DNA of 32,000 nucleotides from Vibrio vulnificus CMCP6 (GTDB taxonomy: Bacteria; Pseudomonadota; Gammaproteobacteria; Enterobacterales; Vibrionaceae). Under the pieces are notes generated by a model that saw nothing but the letters and a program-made list of their open reading frames with translations, did not search any database and had not been told where the DNA came from. Positions 24,783 through 32,000 of the stretch are shown here, one piece after another (the first letter of the stretch is position 1; every line of letters starts with the position of its first letter). Location of the stretch: positions 210,001-242,000 of the forward strand of contig NC_004460.2 in NCBI RefSeq assembly GCF_000039765.1, written 5' to 3'. The translations under genes were made by a program, and so were the position numbers.

Positions 24783-27146
24783 ATGCGTAGATACAACACC
24801 ATTGGGGTAAAACTGGTCGCCGCGTTTACTGGCAGCACCTTGCTGTTGACTCTCGTTTGTGTCATTGCGTGGATGACTTGGAATCAGCTCGATCTGCGAG
24901 TCAGCGGTTTGTTGGAAGAAAACGTGCCGCGCTACAACGCCAGTTATTTGCTTGAGAGCAAAAGCAGTGAAGTGCGACGTAAAATCTCTCAGATCGAACG
25001 AGTAACAAGCAAAGTTCAACTCGACAACCACTTACTTTCCTTGGGTAAGCAATTAAGCGATACCAAGCAGATTGTGGAACGCGTGCAACGCGCCGACGAA
25101 GCCACGCATGACTCACTGAGTGCCCTTGCTGAGTCGTACACCTCGCTCGCGAGCAGTATTGATCTCTATGGTTATCTGGTGTCTAAACGCATTGATGCGC
25201 AGCGAAAAATTGATCTACTGAAAGAGCAACTTGATTGGATTCATCAAGACATCCGCACCGAACTGATGCCTTTACGCCAAGAGATAGATTGGCAGATGTC
25301 ACGTAATCAGAAACAGGCCAAAACCGATGCGTTACTTAAACAGCTGAACGTGATTCAACAGGTATTGGATCTCGAATCCACGATTTACGAATTGGCGTTA
25401 GATGTCGTAAGCGCAACGCAGTTGGGACATGTGAATAATGGCATGAAAGTGATTCAGTATCGTACCGAAGAGCTTCATCGTTTGAGCCAACCCATTTTTG
25501 AATGGCCATCGTCCATCGCATACCAACAGTTAGTCGGTGAGTTAACAACCTTGCTGCAAATTGAAGGTTTCTTGCACCAGCAACTGCTCGATTACGTTTC
25601 CATCCGCGAAAGAATTGAAGTGCAGCAGCGCGATATTGATCGCCAAATCGGCACGATTCACAACCAAATTGGCGGCATTGTTGCGTCGGCAGACAAAGCT
25701 TTCTATGAAGTCAAACAAGACACCACTGAGATGGTCAGTGTGGGCAATCGCGTGTTGCTCATCTGCTTTGCGGTGTCGATCCTCACCAGTTTGATTTTGG
25801 CGTACTACTTCATTTATCAGCGTATCGTGGCGCGCTTGGCCAATTTGAGTAACAGCATTGATGCGATCATCAATGATGATTTACACCATCCCATTCGTGT
25901 TGACGGCAACGATGAGATTGGTCGCTTAAGTGCCAAGCTGATCGAATACGGGGACAAAGTGAAAGAGATGCAGCGAACCAACGCCCTGAGCTTAATCAAC
26001 AACACCAGCGCCAGTCTGATGACGGTCAGCTTGGGTGGCTGGGTTGAATCGGCGAACGTCAGCGCAAGACGCTTATTGGATCTAGACGACGCCATTACCG
26101 AGTTGCCAATTTGGTCGGCGTTTCCTGAGCATTGGTTTGAGGCATTACGCGCGCAATTTGATACCGATTCGACCTTAATGCGCGAGTGCCGAAGTGAACT
26201 CACCATGTCATTGGCTGATGATCCTTATGGGCGTTTTTTACATTGCGAGTTCAGTCTATTTACTCACGGTCATTGTGAAAAAGTGATCATCACCATCACC
26301 GACGTAACCGAACAGATTCAGGCGAATCGCATCTTAGAGCAAAGAGTGGCTGAGAAAACCCGCGATGTGACGGAGCGAAATCGCCAGCTCAAGCTGGAAA
26401 TTAAAGAGCGTCAAAAAGCGGAATCGCACTTGAAGAAAACGCAATCCGAGCTGATTCAAGCGGCAAAAATGGCGGTGGTAGGGCAAGCGATGACCAGTTT
26501 GGCGCACGAGTTAAATCAGCCGCTTAATGCGATGTCTACCTATCTTTATAGCGCCAATTTATTTAACCAGAAGGCGGACAGTGAACAGGTCGCGACGTCA
26601 TTAACGCACATCGAAAGCCTCAAAGAGCGCATGAGTAAGATCGTCAATGGTTTGCGCCACTTTGCGAAGAAATCGGATGGCGAGCCAACGTCCGCATCGA
26701 TAGAGCTGCACGATGTCGCAGAGCACTCAATGTTGCTCGTTAACACGCGAGCTAAAAGGCAGCAAATTCAAATCCGCAACCAGCTAGATAAAACCCTGAT
26801 GGTGCAGGGCAGCTTGGTCGCCTACGAACAGGTACTCATTAACTTGATGGTGAACAGTTGCGATGCATTGAGCGAAGCCAATGGTGCAGAGCGAGTGATT
26901 GAACTGTGCCATTTGTATTCCACGCAAACGCACCATGCGATTGCGGTATGTGACAACGGTAAGGGGTTTGCTTCGGACATTGTTGATCGCCTCTTTACCC
27001 CATTTACGACTACAAAAGAAATCGGTCTCGGACTTGGTATGAACATCTGTAAATCAATCATAGAAAAATATAACGGAAACATTTACTTGGCTTCCAACGC
27101 AAAAGGTGGAGCCATGGTGGTATTGGAGATGCCTCATGACGATTAA
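24783..27146 (+). CDS. pgtB: Sensor histidine kinase, PgtB-like (two TM segments, large helical periplasmic domain, HAMP, PAS-like, HisKA, HATPase)
   Basis: H-box MTSLAHELNQPLNAM. N-box LINLMVNSCDAL. G-boxes DNGKGF and GLGLGMNICKSI. TM segments lie near aa 10-30 and aa 325-345. Confidence 0.8.
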   Translation: MRRYNTIGVKLVAAFTGSTLLLTLVCVIAWMTWNQLDLRVSGLLEENVPRYNASYLLESKSSEVRRKISQIERVTSKVQLDNHLLSLGKQLSDTKQIVERVQRADEATHDSLSALAESYTSLASSIDLYGYLVSKRIDAQRKIDLLKEQLDWIHQDIRTELMPLRQEIDWQMSRNQKQAKTDALLKQLNVIQQVLDLESTIYELALDVVSATQLGHVNNGMKVIQYRTEELHRLSQPIFEWPSSIAYQQLVGELTTLLQIEGFLHQQLLDYVSIRERIEVQQRDIDRQIGTIHNQIGGIVASADKAFYEVKQDTTEMVSVGNRVLLICFAVSILTSLILAYYFIYQRIVARLANLSNSIDAIINDDLHHPIRVDGNDEIGRLSAKLIEYGDKVKEMQRTNALSLINNTSASLMTVSLGGWVESANVSARRLLDLDDAITELPIWSAFPEHWFEALRAQFDTDSTLMRECRSELTMSLADDPYGRFLHCEFSLFTHGHCEKVIITITDVTEQIQANRILEQRVAEKTRDVTERNRQLKLEIKERQKAESHLKKTQSELIQAAKMAVVGQAMTSLAHELNQPLNAMSTYLYSANLFNQKADSEQVATSLTHIESLKERMSKIVNGLRHFAKKSDGEPTSASIELHDVAEHSMLLVNTRAKRQQIQIRNQLDKTLMVQGSLVAYEQVLINLMVNSCDALSEANGAERVIELCHLYSTQTHHAIAVCDNGKGFASDIVDRLFTPFTTTKEIGLGLGMNICKSIIEKYNGNIYLASNAKGGAMVVLEMPHDD

Positions 27147-28401
27147 TCAATATGATGTGCTTTTGGTTGACGACGATCAGGATGTACTCGACTCGTACGC
27201 GCATCTGATGTCCATTTCTGGTTTGACCGCGAAACTGGTGAACGATCCGACGCAAGCGTGCCAATATCTCACTGAAGATTGGCCCGGTGTGGTTTTACTC
27301 GATATGTATATGCCACAAATGCATGGCATGGAGCTGCTGGCGCTCATCAAAGAGATTGATGAACACATTCCGGTGCTGGTCATCACTGGGCATGGCGATA
27401 TACCGATGGCGGTGGATGCACTGAAAAAAGGCGCTTGTGAGTTTTTCGAAAAGCCGATTTCTCCGCCAGAGTTGCTCACTAAGGTGAAATCGTATCTTAA
27501 GGAGCGCCAAACTTACACTGCGCAAAAGAGCAATGTGTCGCAGTCTGTTGGCAAAGCGCTCGTCGGAAAATCTGCGCAAATTGAGCAAATTCGTCAGCAC
27601 GTCGCAAGGTTTGCTTTGATCAACACCAATGTGGTGATATGTGGCGAATCGGGCTCAGGCCGTCACAGCATCGCTCATCTACTGCATGACATGAGCCAGC
27701 CGCGTAAAGATCAAACGTTGGAAGAATTGTATCTCACCACGGACCACGACAAAGAGGCTATCGCGCGCTATTTCGATGGAAGCGTGGCTACTTTGGTGAT
27801 TGAGAACGTTCAATCGATGAATGAAAAGACGCAGCGAGAGTTTGTCCAACTGCTGTTGGCGCAAGAGCGAGGAAGTGCCAGCAAAACGCGGGTGATTACC
27901 CTGTTTGACGCCAGCCCAGAACAGCTGATGTCGGAAAATCAGTTGTTGCCCGAGCTGTTCTATCTGCTCAATCAAGGTGCTATTCAAGTGCCGAGCTTAC
28001 GTCATCGGCCGGATGACATCGCCGCCATTTTCCATCACTTTCTTAAGCACAGTTGCCAGAAACTGGGTAAACCGATGCCGGCCGTTGATTCGAGCTATCT
28101 TTCGTTGTTGCGTAATCATCAGTGGCCAGGAAATGTGCGTGAGTTAAGAAACGTCGCAGAGTTGTATGCCATTGGCATTGTCAAACTGACAGGGAAAGAG
28201 CGGCTGGTGAACCAAAACGAGCTTCAATCACCATTGGATACGCTGGTGGACGATTTTGAAAAGCAGATCATTGAAGATGCGCTGTTTTTGCATTCCGGAA
28301 AAGTGACGGAAGCAGCGGTGTACCTGCAGATCCCACGTAAAAAGCTCTATTTGCGCATGAAAAAGCACGATATCGATAAGGATAACTACAAATCGCGTTA
28401 A
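27136..28401 (+). CDS. pgtA: NtrC-family response regulator, PgtA-like (receiver + degenerate AAA+ domain + Fis-type HTH)
   Basis: Receiver domain VLLVDDD...VVLLDMYMP...ITGHGD...KPI. Central domain keeps WPGNVRELRN, SLRHRPDDI and ELFYLLN. C-terminal HTH KVTEAAVYLQIPRKKLYLRMKK. The ATG at 27136 overlaps the pgtB 3' end by 11 nt. Confidence 0.8.
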   Translation: MTINQYDVLLVDDDQDVLDSYAHLMSISGLTAKLVNDPTQACQYLTEDWPGVVLLDMYMPQMHGMELLALIKEIDEHIPVLVITGHGDIPMAVDALKKGACEFFEKPISPPELLTKVKSYLKERQTYTAQKSNVSQSVGKALVGKSAQIEQIRQHVARFALINTNVVICGESGSGRHSIAHLLHDMSQPRKDQTLEELYLTTDHDKEAIARYFDGSVATLVIENVQSMNEKTQREFVQLLLAQERGSASKTRVITLFDASPEQLMSENQLLPELFYLLNQGAIQVPSLRHRPDDIAAIFHHFLKHSCQKLGKPMPAVDSSYLSLLRNHQWPGNVRELRNVAELYAIGIVKLTGKERLVNQNELQSPLDTLVDDFEKQIIEDALFLHSGKVTEAAVYLQIPRKKLYLRMKKHDIDKDNYKSR

Positions 28402-28430
28402 AAAATCCGGCATACGAATGCCGGATTTTT
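28401..28430. terminator. Bidirectional rho-independent terminator between convergent pgtA and the alcohol dehydrogenase gene
   Basis: AAAAATCCGGCAT ACGA ATGCCGGATTTTT, a perfect 13-bp inverted repeat that includes the A and T runs. Confidence 0.85.
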
Positions 28431-28460
28431 ATTGGTCTTAAGTGATAGACGTGAAGGGGA

Positions 28461-29609
28461 TCAGGCGATCGCCTCTGCAAGAATCTTACGCACTTGCTCT
28501 GGTGTCACGCTTTGGTTTTCTGTCAGTGCCACCATGCCATGATTGGTCAGTTGTGTGACCACTGCTTCGATCGCCTCTTCTTTGCTCTCTTTATGCTCAG
28601 TGAGTTTTGTTGAGACATCAAGGGAGTGGTAGAAGGCTTCAATGGCATCAATCGTACGCTCTGCTAGCTGCTCGCCGTTTTCTAAACCAAAGACCTCACG
28701 GCCCATTTGCTCTAACTTCGCGCGTTTGTGCTCAATTTGATTGCGAAGCAGAGAAGGCTGAACAATCGCCAACGAACGAGCATGATCCACGCCCCAAAGT
28801 GCGGTCAGTTCGTGGCCAACCATGTGCGTCGCCCAGTCTTGAGGGACGCCTGAACCAATTAAGCCGTTAAGGGCTTGGTTTGCTGCCCACATCAGGTTTG
28901 CGCGCCATTCATCACTGTCACGCTCTGCAAAGCGATCACCGAGATTTTTCAGCGTTTTCAACAACGCTTCTGCGTAGGCGTCTTGCACCATCGCACCGGA
29001 TGGGCGAGTAATGTACTGTTCACAAACGTGTACCCAAGCATCAACGATGCCATTGAGTAGTTGTTTTTCAGGCAGTGTTTTCATCACGTCTGGGTCCATT
29101 ACAGCAAAGATCGGTTGAACGTAAGGGCTCAAGAACGCGAGTTTGTCTTGGGTTTCCGCCTTAGTAATGACTGCGCCAGAGTTGGACTCTGAACCTGTTG
29201 CCGGAAGTGTTAACACCGCGCCAAGTGGTGTTGCTGACGTAACGTGATGCTTACCGGTGAGGATGTCCCAGCCGTCACCGTGGTAATGGGCAGATGCCGC
29301 TACGTATTTAGAACCGTCGATCACAGAGCCACCACCAACAGCGAGAATAAAATCGATGTTGTCTTCTTTTACGATAGCCACTGCTTTGTCCAGTGTTTCT
29401 TTGGTTGGGTTAGGTTCAACGCCGGAAAATTCTTGCCAATGATAGCCGTCTAGAGCCGCCACGATTTGATCATACACACCGTTTTTCTTAATTGAGCCGC
29501 CACCATAAATGACGAGCACTTTTTTCTCAGGGGAAATCGCTTGAGTAATCGCTTGGATCTGACCTTGGCCAAAGAAGATTTGCGTAGGGTTGGAATAAGT
29601 AAACTTCAT
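28461..29609 (-). CDS. yqhD: Iron-containing (group III) NADPH-dependent alcohol dehydrogenase / aldehyde reductase, YqhD-like
   Basis: Collinear with E. coli YqhD as I remember it: ...YGGGSIKKNGVYDQ..., GVEPNP, LAVGGGSVIDGSK, VLTLPATGSESN, ANQALNGLIGSGVPQDWATHMVGHELTA. I prefer the start at MKFTYSNP (29609, GAGG upstream); the track ORF extends to 29675. Confidence 0.85.
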   Translation of the reverse strand: MKFTYSNPTQIFFGQGQIQAITQAISPEKKVLVIYGGGSIKKNGVYDQIVAALDGYHWQEFSGVEPNPTKETLDKAVAIVKEDNIDFILAVGGGSVIDGSKYVAASAHYHGDGWDILTGKHHVTSATPLGAVLTLPATGSESNSGAVITKAETQDKLAFLSPYVQPIFAVMDPDVMKTLPEKQLLNGIVDAWVHVCEQYITRPSGAMVQDAYAEALLKTLKNLGDRFAERDSDEWRANLMWAANQALNGLIGSGVPQDWATHMVGHELTALWGVDHARSLAIVQPSLLRNQIEHKRAKLEQMGREVFGLENGEQLAERTIDAIEAFYHSLDVSTKLTEHKESKEEAIEAVVTQLTNHGMVALTENQSVTPEQVRKILAEAIA

Positions 29610-29732
29610 TGTTAACCTCACATCGTTATTGGAGTTGTTTTCGTTGTGTGCATAATAGTACTGTGAGTTTGACATTTACAGCCTCAAAACTCTAAATTAA
29701 ATGCCTATTTCTACAAAGTGAGAGTGTGCGCT

Positions 29733-30611
29733 ATGGAAACCCTTGCAGAACTGATGCAGCGATACGTTGATGTCAAAGGCCTTGAAAAGCTCGAAGAGAT
29801 CATTCCTACCGACATACCTGGGGTTCGTTTTTATCGAAGCAGCCGAGGTAATCCACGGCACCCATTTGTTTATCAATCTGGAATTATTGTACTCGGGCAG
29901 GGTTACAAAAATATTCATATTGGTGATCATGCTGTGTGCTATGGCGCAGATGATTATTTGGTGGTGGGTGTGCCAATGCCGCTCGAATGTGAAGCGTTTG
30001 CGGATGACGATAAGCCTTTGCTGGGGATCTCTGTTGATGTACCAATGGTTTTGCTGCAGCAAATGGTTCAGAAGCTAGAAAAGCACGGCTACCAAAATAT
30101 TTGCAGTGGCAAAGAAGAAAGCTGCGGCTTGAAGTCGGTGAAAATGGAAGCGAGCATGCTTAACGCTTGCAAGCGCTTAATGCGGGGATTGTGTGATCCT
30201 CTTGAAACTGAAGTGCTAGGCCAATCATTACTAGAAGAGGTGGTTTATCGTGCGTTACTGAGCCCTAAAGGCTATGTGCTGTTTGAGCTGGCACATGCTG
30301 AGGGCAACTATTCGAGAATCGCACAAGTGCTGGATAAGGTTCACCAAGACTACTCGGAGCCATTGACGGTGCAAGATCTTGCCTCTAAAGCGAACATGAG
30401 TATTTCCGCCTTTCATACCGCTTTTCGTAGCGTGACGCTGGAGTCTCCGATTCAATACATCAAGAAAGTAAGGCTGAATAAAGCTCGGGATCTCATCAAG
30501 TTAGAGGGAAAGCGTGTTAATGATGCCGCACGTCTAGTGGGTTACAACAGCACCTCACAATTTAGCCGTGAATACAAACGCCATTTCAATGAAACGCCGA
30601 AAAGTGCATAA
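29733..30611 (+). CDS. AraC-family transcriptional regulator with AraC_N-type ligand domain, YqhC-like (divergent from yqhD-like gene)
   Basis: C-terminal dual HTH (LTVQDLASKANMSISAFHTAFRSVT...PIQYIKKVRLNKARDLI...VGYNSTSQFSREYKRHF). The N-terminal domain pattern PGVRFYRSS...YQSGIIVLGQGYK is typical of the YqhC-type family. ATG at 29733. Confidence 0.85.
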   Translation: METLAELMQRYVDVKGLEKLEEIIPTDIPGVRFYRSSRGNPRHPFVYQSGIIVLGQGYKNIHIGDHAVCYGADDYLVVGVPMPLECEAFADDDKPLLGISVDVPMVLLQQMVQKLEKHGYQNICSGKEESCGLKSVKMEASMLNACKRLMRGLCDPLETEVLGQSLLEEVVYRALLSPKGYVLFELAHAEGNYSRIAQVLDKVHQDYSEPLTVQDLASKANMSISAFHTAFRSVTLESPIQYIKKVRLNKARDLIKLEGKRVNDAARLVGYNSTSQFSREYKRHFNETPKSA

Positions 30612-30979
30612 AAGTGTGTCAATCCAATGAATGAGATTGTAAGTGGCATTCTTATATATAAAACAATTTGCACAAATATTATGCCAATATTGAAGCGATA
30701 TTTAGTGACATATTTTAAAAATTAAGTATTTATCGGTAGTGAACGCGATTTATTATGTTCTATAAAATTAATCAGAAATTAGTTATCGGTACAAAATAAG
30801 AGTGTAGCCGTTGCACTATTACACTAGTTTCTTGCGAGTCAATGTTCAATTATTGCAATTGATAGGTGTGAAATCTTCAAACTGTACTTAAGTTATTTTA
30901 CAGCGAAATATAAGTCATCAAGGGATTGCTTTTGATGATGATTTAAACGTTGAAACAACAACTTAAGGGAAGAGCCTGT

Positions 30980-32000
30980 ATGCGTTTTAAAAACGGAAAG
31001 GCAGCAAAGAATGTGTTTACACTCAGTACTTTGACTGCTTCATGTCTGATGGCATTCAATAGCTACGCGGCTGTTGATTGTTCACCTCTACAAGAATGGA
31101 ACTCTTCCGCCATTTATAACGGCGGAGACAAGGTTCAGTATCAGGGTAGCGCTTATGAAGCCCGTTACTGGACACAAAACAATAACCCAGCAGAATTCTC
31201 GGGAGATTGGGCACAATGGAAAGCACTCGGTGCTTGTGACAATGGCCCAGTTGACCCAGTTAACCAAGTTCCCACCACCGCTTTGACCTCACCTGTTGCA
31301 ACGGATGTTGTGAAAGAAGGTGAGGTCGTTGTTCTTGCGGCAACGGCAGCGGATCAAGATGGCACCGTCGCCAAAGTTGAGTTTTTGGTTGATGGCGTTG
31401 TGGTTGGTCAAGATACATCGGCACCATTCTCCGCGTCATGGACTGCAACCGCAGGCGCTCATACTTTCAGCTCTGTCGCTTATGACGATAAAGGCGCGGT
31501 AAGCCAACCAAGCAACGTGACGTTGACCGTGGAATCCACTCAGCCTGGCAATACGGCGCCAACGGTCGATCTTGCACTTTCTGCAACCACGGTTGAGCAG
31601 GGTGCAGTGGTCACGTTGACCTCAAATGCAGCAGACAGCGATGGTACTGTTGAAAAAGTAGACTTTTTTGTTGGTGGCGTACTTGTCGGTACGGCAGCAA
31701 CCGCTCCTTATACGCTTGACTATACCACCACTCAAGCTGGCTCTTTGTCGGTCTTTGCTCGTGCGACGGATAACCTTGGTGCAACCACGGATTCCTCTGC
31801 ACAGACGCTGAAAGTCAACGGTGTGGCACCAGTGGCATCGTGTCGCCCTGACGGCCTGTACCAAACAGAAGGCGTTAATGTGCCTTACTGTACGATTTAC
31901 GATGAAGAAGGTCGTGAGAAGATGGGGGCAGACCACCCACGTCGTGTGATCGGTTACTTTACCAGCTGGCGTAGCGGTGATGACCCACAAGCGGCTTATC
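30980..32000 (+). CDS. Secreted multi-domain GH18 chitinase/chitodextrinase, N-terminal 340 codons (runs off the right edge)
   Basis: My translation is open from the ATG at 30980 to the window end. Signal peptide ...[14 protein letters not shown]5/12-type chitin-binding motif ([27 protein letters not shown]...WAQWKALG). Two tandem ~85-aa Ig-like domains follow (..[20 protein letters not shown].. and ..[20 protein letters not shown]..). The GH18 domain then begins ([12 protein letters not shown]). Absent from the ORF track because there is no stop in the window. Confidence 0.85.
   Translation, partial: MRFKNGKAAKNVFTLSTLTASCLMAFNSYAAVDCSPLQEWNSSAIYNGGDKVQYQGSAYEARYWTQNNNPAEFSGDWAQWKALGACDNGPVDPVNQVPTTALTSPVATDVVKEGEVVVLAATAADQDGTVAKVEFLVDGVVVGQDTSAPFSASWTATAGAHTFSSVAYDDKGAVSQPSNVTLTVESTQPGNTAPTVDLALSATTVEQGAVVTLTSNAADSDGTVEKVDFFVGGVLVGTAATAPYTLDYTTTQAGSLSVFARATDNLGATTDSSAQTLKVNGVAPVASCRPDGLYQTEGVNVPYCTIYDEEGREKMGADHPRRVIGYFTSWRSGDDPQAAY

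Noticed and set aside
31260-31990. Minus-strand ORFs (62, 63 and 122 aa) and a 60-aa plus-strand ORF within the chitinase region
   Set aside because: They overlap a long uninterrupted frame that has clear signal peptide, CBM5/12, Ig-like and GH18 signatures. The competing ORFs are Arg/His/Trp-rich shadows.
1-32000. Search for CRISPR arrays, integron attC/VCR-type repeats, IS inverted repeats, integrase/transposase genes, toxin-antitoxin pairs or defence-system-like gene clusters
   Set aside because: I recognised none. Every ORF longer than about 180 aa that is not an antisense shadow has a plausible metabolic, transport or regulatory assignment. The repeats I found are short operator-scale elements only. 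I cannot exclude small proteins under 60 aa or sRNAs in the intergenic regions (10958-11221, 19961-20276, 30612-30979).

Overview
The window is densely coding and looks gamma-proteobacterial, Vibrio-like. That assignment is an inference from gene content and protein motifs; no search was possible. I call 25 protein-coding genes. I found no rRNA, tRNA, CRISPR array, IS element, integrase or integron attC-type repeats.

Gene order:
- glyA (partial, minus strand), divergent from an XRE-HTH/cupin regulator, followed by gcvT (one-carbon / glycine cleavage)
- a secreted trypsin-like serine protease with a GlyGly-CTERM sorting tail
- a TetR regulator divergent from an RND efflux operon with two tandem adaptor lipoproteins and one AcrB-type pump
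- a small 8-strand-type outer-membrane beta-barrel protein
- fruB-fruK-fruA (minus strand) divergent from fruR, with three Cra/FruR-type palindromic operators in the intergenic region
- an EEP-family nuclease/phosphatase plus an orphan family-3 solute-binding protein
- a YbcJ/S4-like RNA-binding protein with a long Lys-rich tail
- a stand-alone EAL phosphodiesterase
- a pgt-type phosphoglycerate/PEP sensing-transport locus: pgtP with a co-directional pyruvate kinase, divergent from pgtC-pgtB-pgtA
- a yqhD-like alcohol dehydrogenase divergent from a yqhC-like AraC regulator
- the 5' part of a multi-domain GH18 chitinase/chitodextrinase

I do not see a convincing new multi-gene system such as a defence island, toxin-antitoxin pair or mobile element. 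This reads as ordinary metabolic and accessory chromosome. The items most worth a second look are regulatory or domain-level:
- a PgtA-type response regulator whose AAA+ sigma54-interaction domain seems to lack the Walker A lysine, the Walker B DE pair and the GAFTGA loop
- the pgtP-pyruvate kinase coupling
- a recurrent TTTCC/GGAAA palindrome plus a PurR-like box tying glyA, the XRE-cupin regulator and gcvT together
- the structured fruR-fruB control region, including a perfect tandem 11-bp repeat
- the GlyGly-CTERM protease
- the S4 protein with an acidic head and basic tail
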